Of a stretch of DNA of 64,000 nt, positions 27,651-36,620 are shown piece by piece (position 1 is the first letter of the stretch; each line of letters starts with the position of its first letter). Position numbers and translations under genes: made by a program. The stretch is from a virus: the IMG/VR virus record IMGVR_UViG_3300031952_000015, positions 6,146 to 70,145 of that record; one strand, 5' to 3'. Below the pieces are notes generated by a model that was not told the DNA's origin, searched no databases, and was given only the letters and a program-made list of their open reading frames with translations.

Positions 27651-28364
27651 CTACTTTGACATCGCCTCCTTGCGAATCTTCTCGACATGAGCTTCGACTC
27701 CCTTATTAAACCTTATCACATAGCTCGGGTGCTGGACTGTGACGACCTCAGGCATTGGGTGCTTTAAGTCTGAGAAGGCTTTCTCGGCATGCTTCAGGGC
27801 TCCCTGGACCCCCTTAGATGCGACGCTGCCGAGGCATATAATCTTCTTAGGCTTGAGGTTCTTGATGGCCGCAGTGAGATCCTGGATGCCCTCCTCAATG
27901 ACCTCCTTGAGATCTTTCATCTGAGCTCCTGGGCAGTATGTGTTGAAGACATTCGTCAAGTAGATGTTGTGCAGTCCCTTGATAGCCTTCTCGATCAGAT
28001 CTCCGGTCCGGTTGCCGTGGAAGACCTCAAGATTCTGGTCCTTCTTCCGCTGGCGTCCTGGGCACATGCCGACAATCATCGTGCAATTATTCGTCCGATC
28101 GACGTCTCTCGGCGAGTACTTGATCCGCTTGCTCGTGTCAGGGATCCTCGCCATCGGCTCGACTGCATTGATTGGTTTCTCGACCTTGACCTCATCCTTC
28201 TTCAGCTTCAGTCCTTTCCCACCGCACTTCGGGCACTCGAGATCTCTTTCGAGCCCATAGCATTTCTTCTCATAGTTGCACACAGTGCAGCTCCAAATAT
28301 CATAGCATCCGCTGCGGTCTTCTATTGTCATTAAATTCTTCTTCTCCCATACCACGTCGTTCAC
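27651..28364 (-). CDS. Uracil-DNA glycosylase superfamily protein (family 4/5-like) with N-terminal zinc ribbon
   Basis: MIVGMCPG, FHGNRTG, YLTNV, PKKIICLGSVA, HPSY; CTVC...CPKC. Confidence 0.75.
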   Translation of the reverse strand: MNDVVWEKKNLMTIEDRSGCYDIWSCTVCNYEKKCYGLERDLECPKCGGKGLKLKKDEVKVEKPINAVEPMARIPDTSKRIKYSPRDVDRTNNCTMIVGMCPGRQRKKDQNLEVFHGNRTGDLIEKAIKGLHNIYLTNVFNTYCPGAQMKDLKEVIEEGIQDLTAAIKNLKPKKIICLGSVASKGVQGALKHAEKAFSDLKHPMPEVVTVQHPSYVIRFNKGVEAHVEKIRKEAMSK

Positions 28365-28420
28365 CTCACTTCCTTCTTCAAAGATTCTACTGACTCGATG
28401 TTCTCATTTGTGCCATTCGT

Positions 28421-28714
28421 CTACCGTTTCCATGAGTTCTTGATCGTCTCCTTCTTGTCCCATCCCCGAAGGTAGTGCGCATCCTCTCCATCCTTCCAAC
28501 GATTGCAGAAGATCCAAGCTTGAGTCTCCATCTCCTTCTCTGACTTCGCGATCGTGCCGTCGATCTGGACCCCAGCCTGGTTGAATGCCATGATGTCATA
28601 GATGATCGGAGAGTCTGCGCACGAGAACATCAATGACTTAGTCACCTTCACTGAGATCCCAGACTTCAGATCAATCCTCTTGATGGCCAGTTTCCCGTTT
28701 ACGTGCTCAACCAT
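28421..28714 (-). CDS. Hypothetical protein
   Basis: 97-aa ORF in the operon. Confidence 0.5.
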   Translation of the reverse strand: MVEHVNGKLAIKRIDLKSGISVKVTKSLMFSCADSPIIYDIMAFNQAGVQIDGTIAKSEKEMETQAWIFCNRWKDGEDAHYLRGWDKKETIKNSWKR

Positions 28715-29033
28715 GGCGCTTCCTCAAGAAGTACTTGAACGTCTCGACATAATCACCAAGCCCGATGTAGAGGAATGCGGCCATAACATGAGAGCAGAGC
28801 GTCCCGTTCGAGATGCCTTGGATCCCCATGAAGTCGCAATCGCACTTCCACTTGAAGATTGAGTTGCCTCCGTCCCGGCTCTCATAGAAGACTTCGACAT
28901 TGAACTCTCTCCCGTCCTCGTTTTTTACCACGAAGTATGTCGACTTCGGCGTCTCAGCTGTCTTGCGGATGAGATCCTTCCGGAGCAGGTCTCGTGCTCT
29001 GGCGAAGAGGTAGGGCCTCATGCCCTGCCTCAC
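28707..29033 (-). CDS. SWIM zinc-finger protein
   Basis: WKCDCDF...LCSHVMA. Confidence 0.75.
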   Translation of the reverse strand: MRQGMRPYLFARARDLLRKDLIRKTAETPKSTYFVVKNEDGREFNVEVFYESRDGGNSIFKWKCDCDFMGIQGISNGTLCSHVMAAFLYIGLGDYVETFKYFLRKRHG

Positions 29034-29497
29034 AAGACTCCCTTGTCCTTAAGCTGTCGCGTCACGAAGATGAACATCGAGTTGATGTGCTGGCCGAGCG
29101 AGTCCTTGTACTTTTCCTTGTCCTCAGGCGAGTTGAAGATCTCCTTCTCAGCAGCATTCTTCACCGCGAGCATGACGTTCTTCGCGATGTTAACCGTCTG
29201 GTCGACGATGATCGCCTTCTCCTCAGCAGAGAGCGCGATCTTCCCTTGTTGGCCGAAAGTCTCAGTCTTCTTCGGCGCTGCAGGACCATCATCAGGAACT
29301 GCGTCGAGGATCTTCACAAAGTGGATCTTCCGATCTTGGTCGACGTCAAGCTGCACTCGGTCGCCCTTCTGGAGCTTCACGACGTACTGCTTCGTGCGCT
29401 CAGTTGCGTTGTACCATGTGTCGTCGATGTTGACGCCACCGTCGTACTTAGATGTCGCGGCTTTGACGAAGCCGCTCACTTTCGTCAGGTCTGTCAT
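29030..29497 (-). CDS. Possible OB-fold ssDNA-binding or annealing protein
   Basis: Beta-rich N-terminus (GGVNIDDTWYN...LQKGDRVQL) with a helical C-terminus; located in the recombination cluster. Confidence 0.35.
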   Translation of the reverse strand: MTDLTKVSGFVKAATSKYDGGVNIDDTWYNATERTKQYVVKLQKGDRVQLDVDQDRKIHFVKILDAVPDDGPAAPKKTETFGQQGKIALSAEEKAIIVDQTVNIAKNVMLAVKNAAEKEIFNSPEDKEKYKDSLGQHINSMFIFVTRQLKDKGVL

Positions 29498-29616
29498 GTC
29501 GTTTACCTCCTCATCCTTTGTTCACCGTTGGATGAGAATGATCTCTCGTCTTTACTCGAACCTGCAATGAGGCTCACGCTTAGAGAACTGTTCCCCTTTT
29601 TATTCTTTGCTCTTGT

Positions 29617-30000
29617 CTATTTCTCTAGGATCAGGACTTTTACCTTCCGGTCGATCCACTTCTTCGGGAGATAGATGTATCCAGAGCTCCCAGTCGAGGT
29701 CCCCTTGATGGTGTCATCGTAGATCTCCTCAACGTTGTCGAACTCGACTTGGATGTGTTGGTCCTCATGTTTCTGCATGCCAGAGTCTCCACCATGCTGC
29801 CGCTTGACCATGCCTTGAGCTCTCTCGAAGTCAATTGCAGACACATGAAGAATCCCATTCTTCGCAGTGTACTCGATCCCAGCATTATGTAGGATTTCCT
29901 TCTGTCGTTCGACAGTCAGCGTCGAGAACAGCGCAACGACCATCTTCTTCCGCTTCCTGGCATAATCCTTGATTCCTTCTTTAGTTCGTATGTACCTCAT
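29617..30000 (-). CDS. Protein with C-terminal DUF2080/AbrB-like domain
   Basis: GSSGYIYLPKKWIDRKVKVLI. Confidence 0.65.
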   Translation of the reverse strand: MRYIRTKEGIKDYARKRKKMVVALFSTLTVERQKEILHNAGIEYTAKNGILHVSAIDFERAQGMVKRQHGGDSGMQKHEDQHIQVEFDNVEEIYDDTIKGTSTGSSGYIYLPKKWIDRKVKVLILEK

Positions 30001-30395
30001 TTCGATCCTCCTTGATTGCTTGGTCAAGCCAGTTCTCAAATGTATTCATGAACTGGATTGCTCTGCAGTCCAACACTGAGTCTTTGAAGTTAATGACGCT
30101 CATAAAGTAAATGAACTCATCCTTGAACTCCTGCCTTGCGCTCATTCTGGTTCCTGCCGCGGGATCACGATGAAATTCTCCGCATACTCGATGCAGACTA
30201 TCGCGATGGTCTCTGCCTCGAACGGCCTGAGCGGCTTGTGGTCATCAGGCGAGTCGCCATCTGGCCAATTGTCCATCAGCGGCTTGATCGCTCGAAATAT
30301 CGCGCACGTCTTCATGTGGCCGCACTTGAGGCAGGAGGGCGGGGTGACTACCCCGCCCTTGACGCTCTCTCTTGCCCGCTTGATGTCAGCTTGGT

Positions 30396-31295
30396 TCATC
30401 TTGACATCACCTGCGGCGCGATCTTGACTGCCTTGTGGAGCGAGTCGAACATCGCCTTCTTGCTCGTGTAGCCAGTCTTGTCGTTGTGCCAGATCCCAGC
30501 AGTGAGGTCGTTGTAGACCTCCCACATCGCCGGCGCCCGCGCAAGGGTGACCTTATCCTTCTTCTTGTCGATGGAGATGTAGCTTGGTATGTACTTCTTC
30601 GGGACTGCCTTGATGAGCTCTCTCGCTGTCGCGATGGTCAAGGTCTCCTTCTGGAGCCGCTTGTACTCGCCGATGATTGCTCGTCCCTGTTCGACTACGT
30701 TGAGCATCGTCTGCTTCAGCGTGTCAGTGGTCAAGTTCTTCGTGTGCCGCTTCGTGACATAGTTTAAGACATTGCGGTCGTCGAATGCTTGCCCGCGTCC
30801 CTTCACGCCGATCAAGACCATGTTGGCGCATGCGTGTCTGAATGTAAAGGTCGACATGCTCAGCCCGAGGGAGCTATCTATAGAGTTGTGGACAGCAAAC
30901 CCAAGCTGGATGGTGTCTCCCTTGCCAAGATCATACGGGTCGTCAAATGCGTACAGCGCATGGCCTTGAGCGCGCTTCTCGCCAGTCAAGAATGTGTGCT
31001 TGTCGACCTTCTGGTACCAGCTCCCCTTGAACTCAGAGAACGGCACGGCGCCGACCAGCGTCGCGATCTCATCGGCCGCGCTGAACATCTCCTCATTCGG
31101 CAGGAGCTTGTACTTGTCGCCGACAATCGACGCAAGCTGCCCTTTCTGGATGATCGCCTTGAATGGGACATCCGTGCCCTTGTGCTGCAGAAACTGCTCC
31201 TGCAAGCCATGCGACTTCCACTTGTCGTCTACCTTCCCGACCGTGAATGTGTATATGGTCGGGTCTTTCGTTGCTGTGCTCGTCTTGTCTCTCAT
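30396..31295 (-). CDS. DUF932-like phage/plasmid protein
   Basis: IVGDKYKLLPNEE, NSIDSS, FRHACANM, WEVYNDLT; GGAGGTGA RBS. Confidence 0.75.
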   Translation of the reverse strand: MRDKTSTATKDPTIYTFTVGKVDDKWKSHGLQEQFLQHKGTDVPFKAIIQKGQLASIVGDKYKLLPNEEMFSAADEIATLVGAVPFSEFKGSWYQKVDKHTFLTGEKRAQGHALYAFDDPYDLGKGDTIQLGFAVHNSIDSSLGLSMSTFTFRHACANMVLIGVKGRGQAFDDRNVLNYVTKRHTKNLTTDTLKQTMLNVVEQGRAIIGEYKRLQKETLTIATARELIKAVPKKYIPSYISIDKKKDKVTLARAPAMWEVYNDLTAGIWHNDKTGYTSKKAMFDSLHKAVKIAPQVMSR

Positions 31296-31343
31296 CTCGT
31301 ATCACCTCCGAATATCTCGGATAGTATGTATAAAATGCATACC

Positions 31344-31360
31344 TATTTATAAATCTTTCC
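31344..31360 (-). promoter_or_regulatory. Archaeal BRE-TATA promoter GGAAAGATTTATAAATA
   Basis: Same motif as 15934 and 32164; upstream of the DUF932-like gene. Confidence 0.7.
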
Positions 31361-31374
31361 TTAGGTCGGAAAGC

Positions 31375-31563
31375 TTATCTATGCTGCCGGTCATGCTCAT
31401 CATCTCGTATCAGATGGAGTTTATGAAGCTTAGACCTGACTGACTGGTCGGACCGATTGAGTTTCAGACTGATGGCAGCATTGGTAAGCCGATCAATGTT
31501 GCGCCTGAGATACACGATCTCCCTCTCAGTCCATGATCTCCTGATGTGAATTATCAAGCTCAT
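31375..31563 (-). CDS. Small Myb/GcrA-like HTH protein
   Basis: WTEREIVYLRRN...AISLKLNRSDQSVRSKLHKL. Confidence 0.6.
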   Translation of the reverse strand: MSLIIHIRRSWTEREIVYLRRNIDRLTNAAISLKLNRSDQSVRSKLHKLHLIRDDEHDRQHR

Positions 31564-31573
31564 CTCGTCCGCC

Positions 31574-32137
31574 TCACTTCATCATCGAGAACTTCGTGGC
31601 GATCTTCGTCGTCTCGTCGAGCATCATCGTCTCAGATGTCTTTGAGATGCGCTCGACCGGCTTTGGATCTCCAGCATAATGGATGCAGATTGGATTCCCC
31701 TTCCCAGCTGAGCGATGAGTGAACTTCCGATCAATGATGACGCGAGGCTGTTCTTTGAGCCACTCAAGATCGGTCGATATTGTCGAGTAGTTCACCTTGA
31801 TGACCTTCGCAAGATCTCCGATGTGCCAGACCCGATCATCCTTAGCTACCAATGCAAGGATCGTCTGGCGCCGCTCGTCGATAGAGTACGGCTTCCGGTC
31901 ATACCCGAATACGTCAGTCAATCCGCCTGGCGTCGCAGATTGCGGATACTTGATCGGGATGCACGCCATCTCATTCTCGATCTTCGGCATCTTAGATAGG
32001 ACATTGTACCCAATTGCCCATCTAAGGATCCAGAAGACCTGCTTCGCCGTCAGTAGGACGATCGACCCGTTGTCAAGTTTCACCTGTACCGATTTCTGCT
32101 CATTGTCGCTCATCTTGTCTTGCCTCATCTCATACAT
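31574..32137 (-). CDS. Winged-helix DNA-binding protein
   Basis: ERRQTILALV...HIGDLAKVIKVNYSTISTDLEWL. Confidence 0.6.
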   Translation of the reverse strand: MYEMRQDKMSDNEQKSVQVKLDNGSIVLLTAKQVFWILRWAIGYNVLSKMPKIENEMACIPIKYPQSATPGGLTDVFGYDRKPYSIDERRQTILALVAKDDRVWHIGDLAKVIKVNYSTISTDLEWLKEQPRVIIDRKFTHRSAGKGNPICIHYAGDPKPVERISKTSETMMLDETTKIATKFSMMK

Positions 32138-32163
32138 ATAATATAAGAATGAGAAACCTACAG

Positions 32164-32180
32164 CTATATATAAATCTTTC
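32164..32180 (-). promoter_or_regulatory. Archaeal BRE-TATA promoter GAAAGATTTATATATAG at the start of the early region
   Basis: TATA box about 25-30 nt upstream of the ATG of 31574-32137. Confidence 0.65.
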
Positions 32181-32207
32181 TATAGCCGATCTTCTATCAA
32201 TAAAAGA

Positions 32208-32489
32208 TCAGATGCCGAAGTACTTGCGGATCCGCCTGACGCTGCGCGTCTTCGCCATCCCTGACTTGGCGCCAGTCGCCTTCGGTTTGCTGAGCCGCTC
32301 CAGCTCATCCGCGAGGACTCGTAGGAACCCCAGAGAGCCACCGATGACCGCCCCAGATATGATAGCATCCAAGTCAGTCTGGCCTTGTCTGAGGGCCTCT
32401 GAGATGGCGTAGATGGCCGCTACGACAGCACCTGAGACGGCGTGCCCCAGCACCAGCAAGATCTGCTCTTTCACATGCTCCATGTCCAT
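32208..32489 (-). CDS. Holin-like small membrane protein
   Basis: Two hydrophobic segments and a basic C-terminus; follows the peptidase-like gene at the end of the late operon. Confidence 0.5.
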   Translation of the reverse strand: MDMEHVKEQILLVLGHAVSGAVVAAIYAISEALRQGQTDLDAIISGAVIGGSLGFLRVLADELERLSKPKATGAKSGMAKTRSVRRIRKYFGI

Positions 32490-32505
32490 TCGACTCTACC
32501 TCCCT

Positions 32506-33408
32506 CTACTTGATGATAATGTTCCGGAACCGGTCGCGAGACTTGTATGACTTCTTTGCCGACGCGGTCGCGAATGTGTGTCGTGCGACGTCAGAGTTGA
32601 AGCTCCACCAGACGTCCTTGAGATTGCTCTCATCAATGGGATCCTTGTTCTTCGGGAGCATGTGGAAATTCGACAGCGGAGTCGAGGTTAACGTCGTCTC
32701 AAAGTGCCGGTAGCAGTCGTCTCTGAAGTCGTAGAAGTAGCACGTCGAGTGCCCGAATCCTGAGAATGTCCCGCCGCAGACATTCCAGTAGAACGATCGG
32801 AGGATCCCGTCGAATCCAGCTGCTTCGAGCAATGCCATGAACTCCAATGTAGAGTTCTCGCAGTCCATCTTCCGGATATACCACGTCTCAAGCAATGATG
32901 CCCACTGTTCATCTACTCCGAAAAGGTCGAAATCGAAGATATAGACCTTTGACTTGAGATATTCCTTCCAGATCTTGAACGCAGATTGGTTGAGTGCTTC
33001 TCCGAATTCCATGCTCGGGTTCGCTGCGAGGAATTCCTTTAGGCTGAGCTTGCGCGAGCGAATCCACTCCCGATGCCCGGGCAGGACATGGATGAAGTCC
33101 TGAACCACTATCTCCGGCTTCAGTATCGAGTCCTTGAGTTTGATGGTGTAGCCAGCGTATCTGATGTTCGCAATCGGATAAGACTCTCTCTCCTTGTCCG
33201 CTCTCTTCAGGATTTCCTCTGGAATCTGAATCGAAGACGATTCTTTCAAAGTCTTTATCTGGATGTTCAGTGTCGAGACTTGCTCCTGCAATGCCTTCTT
33301 TTCTGTCAAGACTTGGTCGAGGTCAGCGTCCAGAGAACCTATTACTTTAGACTCTGCCTTGCAGCAAGCCGATTTGAGCATCGCCCGAAGGGATTCAAAC
33401 AAACTCAT
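32506..33408 (-). CDS. Transglutaminase-like cysteine peptidase with N-terminal coiled coil (candidate lysin)
   Basis: MDCENS...FGHSTCY...FETT putative triad; located after the tail fibres. Confidence 0.5.
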   Translation of the reverse strand: MSLFESLRAMLKSACCKAESKVIGSLDADLDQVLTEKKALQEQVSTLNIQIKTLKESSSIQIPEEILKRADKERESYPIANIRYAGYTIKLKDSILKPEIVVQDFIHVLPGHREWIRSRKLSLKEFLAANPSMEFGEALNQSAFKIWKEYLKSKVYIFDFDLFGVDEQWASLLETWYIRKMDCENSTLEFMALLEAAGFDGILRSFYWNVCGGTFSGFGHSTCYFYDFRDDCYRHFETTLTSTPLSNFHMLPKNKDPIDESNLKDVWWSFNSDVARHTFATASAKKSYKSRDRFRNIIIK

Positions 33409-33409
33409 C

Positions 33410-33982
33410 TCAGTAAATCCTCATCACCCAGACCGCGTTGTAATATGGCGGAAGCGTGCCTGCTGAACTTGTCTCAGGCAAGCCAATTGGGCCAAGAATC
33501 AAATCGTTTCCACCTGTCCCGAGTGAGATGCTCTTGCTAAATATATTGCAAGTCTCAGTATGAGTGTGGCTTGTAGTGCCCCCAGTCGCACCGCTTGAAG
33601 TGTTGCCCCGGATAAATCTGTTCTGATTGTTCATCGGTGGAGTGGTCTGTCCGTTCATCGGCGAAAGCCCATTGTTGATGACGCTCCCATCGCACTCTTG
33701 GAAATTCACTGACAGCGCAGGGCAGCCCGGGATGTTCTTCGCCCACGGAATGATTCCGCCTATCGGAACGTACGGCAGATTAGTCAGTTTGCTCCCGTCC
33801 TTCGCGGGCATCTTGCCGTCTGAGTCCAGCGAGATTACTTCCCTGTCCGCAGCAGAGTCTCTCATCTTGAGTTTGTGAATCCCCGAATCGTAGAACACTT
33901 CACCCTCAGTTGCAGTGGGCGATGAACCCTGCGGTGTCAATGCGATGCTCTTCGTGACTTCCTTCTTCCCGACTGTCTTCAT
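33410..33982 (-). CDS. Tail collar domain / short fibre protein
   Basis: PIGGIIPW...QECDG...RFIRG...GATGG...LPPYYNAVWVMRI. Confidence 0.75.
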   Translation of the reverse strand: MKTVGKKEVTKSIALTPQGSSPTATEGEVFYDSGIHKLKMRDSAADREVISLDSDGKMPAKDGSKLTNLPYVPIGGIIPWAKNIPGCPALSVNFQECDGSVINNGLSPMNGQTTPPMNNQNRFIRGNTSSGATGGTTSHTHTETCNIFSKSISLGTGGNDLILGPIGLPETSSAGTLPPYYNAVWVMRIY

Positions 33983-33984
33983 TT

Positions 33985-36609
33985 TTAAGCGCCTCCGTCT
34001 GCTATCTGAACCCAAGAGTAGGCTCCCGCGTCGGACTTCAGGCACATAAAGAGTTTGTCCCTGACTCCTGCTCCGCCCTGTTCAACGAAGAGTTGCGTCC
34101 TCACGCTTGCATCTGCGGCGACCTTTGCTCCAGTGGTGTTGAATCCGAGTCCGTAGGTTGCCTTCGGCTGAATGGTCGTCCCTGCTGTCGCCCCGCTCGT
34201 GTCAAGAAGGCCGTCTGAGAGGTCAAAAATCTTCTGACCTGTTCCTATCTCATATGTTGAAGTCTCGTCCGGAGTGACATCCCAATCAGAATCAATAGTC
34301 AAAGTATCGGAAGTATTACTCTCTACATTCTTCTCTTGTCCTTCACCAGTTCCGCCAGAGATACGGACATTCCCTCCCCCCCATTGATTCTCATCCCAGG
34401 TCTTTGAAGTATCCTGAAGCGTAGTTGGGGTTTGGATTCCAGTTGCCGTTCCAGAGTCTCCACTTACCTTAAAGGCTCGCACTATTCCATTACGTGCCGC
34501 AAAGATATTCCGGTTTCCAATCCTGAACTCAAATGCGCCCCATCCAGAACCAAGAGCACTAGAATTGAGGTTGAAAATCTGTTGCGTCCCAAATTCGGAG
34601 CCATCATTTACGGACTCAATGTTATCTGTCCCGTTGAACCTGATTGTTCTTGCAATTCCGGTCATTCCAGATAGGTCAAGAATGCCGTCTTCAACCTTGA
34701 GGATGCTCGTCTCAGCAGTCCCTATGTCGTATGTTGAAGTTCCATCCGGTGTGACATCCCAATCCGGGCTTATGGTCAAGGTGTCCGAGGTATTGCTATC
34801 AACATTCCTGTCCTGTCCCTCACCGGTTCCGCCGGAAATATGGACATTCCTTCCTGACCACTGGTTCTCGCCCCAGGTCTTCGTGGTGTCCTGAAGTGTC
34901 GTTGAGGACTGAGTTCCTGTTGCAGTTCCGGAATCGCCATCCAGTTTTTTCCGAAGGTCGAGCAGGCCATCCTCGACTGAAAAAATCCAGTTCCCACCAC
35001 CGCCTATTCTAAGAATATCCTCTCCAAGTTCCAAAAAGTCAGCAACAGAATCCCCACCTATGTGCCAAAGTTGGTCTATTCCATTCCACCGGATAACTCC
35101 CCCATTCACAACAGTTGTCGAGTCTGTGAACCCGAGGCGCATCCCATCCGAGGTTGGATGGGCGTTGAGATAAGCGATTGAATCTGTGAACCCTTCATCA
35201 GCAGCATTATTTGAGAACTGCATACACGGGACATCTCCACTTTTTATCCAGATAGTCCGCCCGCCTTTCCCTTTCAGCGTTGTCCCGGCTGTGGCGCACG
35301 AGAAGTCCAGGAGCCCGTCGGACAGGTATGCGAAGTCCACATCGGGGTTGAAAGGCGCTCCTGACGCTCCGAAGAATGTGAACTTGCCGGTGTCACCAAG
35401 ATATGACACGCCGCCGTTGTTTTGGTTCACGGTATCCATAAGACGGAGGAATCCGTTGCCGAGAGGTCCGAGAGCGGCTGCGATAGACAGTTTAGAGCCA
35501 CCTGCACCGTCAGGCACCCAGAGCACGATAGCGCTTCCGGCAAAGTCCGAGCCGATGCCAGCGAAACCGGTGGGTGAGACAATTGTGGTGTCGTCGAACA
35601 GTCTGATGAAACCTGATTGCGTCCCGTCTGCAAGCGGCACGAGGTTAAGCCCGTCGGCTACTGACATTCCGAATATGGGAATATCAGAGGCTAATCCGGC
35701 ATCCCTTCCAGTCAGCATCCATCTGTTCTCTGCGTCATCAAAATAGATGCTCGGCGGGAATCCAGAGGCTGTGTTCGTGACCTGAAACATAAGCCGGACT
35801 CTCGGCGACATACCAGCGAAGGTTGTTTGGTCCTCCCGTCCAAACGTATAAAGCATCGTGCCAGCAGGGCCGAAGACTCCTCCGAGGTCTTTAGTAAATC
35901 CGAACGCCTGCTCCTGGTTCGTTGTCCCTTCCACAAGAAAAGAATACGAATCAGCCCCGAAACCAGCACCTAAATCTTTCGTGTATCGGAGAACACTATC
36001 GCCAACACCTCCGAGAGACGCAACTGCAAGTTTGAAATACTTATCGTTGGTTGATGCTCCTGAGAGGTCAATGAACCCATCTCCAACTTTGAAAGGATTT
36101 CCACCCCAGGGGTCAATGTAGAGTTCAAAATTCATTGTGTTATCAGTATTATCGTAATACCAATTAGCCGCTTTCACTCCGGGGTCGTTGTAGCAGTTAA
36201 TCTGAGCATAGGTTGGTTTCCCGTCTCCGAGGCGGAGTTCGTTCAGGAATACCCCCCCACCGAAGTCCCTGCTTGAGATTGTTGCGACAACCGCATCGCC
36301 TGTCTTTCTGAAGTCATACCGGGAGAGAATTGTTCCAGATACTCCCGGGATGTCAAGAAGTCCAGCCCTAAAAATGTGGTCATTCTTGAACTTGAGGTCA
36401 ATCAAATCAGGTGTCCCGCCCGACAGGTCGAGAAAGCCATCGCTCACGCCGAGCAGGTCGTTCGTGCCGTCGTTCACTTTGAACGCCTTTGTCACTGGTA
36501 TCTTGAGTGTGACATCTCCCGCTGCGTTTGAGTAGTCAAGCACCCCGGGAGTGAATGTGAGAGTGTTCGTCCCGTCAATCTTGAGTTCAACCTGTCCGTA
36601 TAGCTTCAT
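33985..36609 (-). CDS. Tail fibre / receptor-binding protein
   Basis: 874 aa, Gly/Asp/Thr-rich beta sequence with internal repeats, downstream of the baseplate genes. Confidence 0.7.
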   Translation of the reverse strand: MKLYGQVELKIDGTNTLTFTPGVLDYSNAAGDVTLKIPVTKAFKVNDGTNDLLGVSDGFLDLSGGTPDLIDLKFKNDHIFRAGLLDIPGVSGTILSRYDFRKTGDAVVATISSRDFGGGVFLNELRLGDGKPTYAQINCYNDPGVKAANWYYDNTDNTMNFELYIDPWGGNPFKVGDGFIDLSGASTNDKYFKLAVASLGGVGDSVLRYTKDLGAGFGADSYSFLVEGTTNQEQAFGFTKDLGGVFGPAGTMLYTFGREDQTTFAGMSPRVRLMFQVTNTASGFPPSIYFDDAENRWMLTGRDAGLASDIPIFGMSVADGLNLVPLADGTQSGFIRLFDDTTIVSPTGFAGIGSDFAGSAIVLWVPDGAGGSKLSIAAALGPLGNGFLRLMDTVNQNNGGVSYLGDTGKFTFFGASGAPFNPDVDFAYLSDGLLDFSCATAGTTLKGKGGRTIWIKSGDVPCMQFSNNAADEGFTDSIAYLNAHPTSDGMRLGFTDSTTVVNGGVIRWNGIDQLWHIGGDSVADFLELGEDILRIGGGGNWIFSVEDGLLDLRKKLDGDSGTATGTQSSTTLQDTTKTWGENQWSGRNVHISGGTGEGQDRNVDSNTSDTLTISPDWDVTPDGTSTYDIGTAETSILKVEDGILDLSGMTGIARTIRFNGTDNIESVNDGSEFGTQQIFNLNSSALGSGWGAFEFRIGNRNIFAARNGIVRAFKVSGDSGTATGIQTPTTLQDTSKTWDENQWGGGNVRISGGTGEGQEKNVESNTSDTLTIDSDWDVTPDETSTYEIGTGQKIFDLSDGLLDTSGATAGTTIQPKATYGLGFNTTGAKVAADASVRTQLFVEQGGAGVRDKLFMCLKSDAGAYSWVQIADGGA
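34240..34938 (-). repeat. Diverged 74-aa domain duplication (34717-34938 and 34240-34461)
   Basis: GDSGTATGxQxxTTLQDTxKTWxENQW...ISGGTGEGQ...SNTSDTLTIxxDWDVTPDxTSTYxIGT present twice. Confidence 0.9.
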
Positions 36610-36620
36610 CTTTAGTCACC

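Noticed and set aside
34240-34938. Fibre duplication as a diversity-generating retroelement TR/VR pair
   Set aside because: Both copies are in-frame coding, the differences are not confined to adenines, and no reverse transcriptase is present in the window
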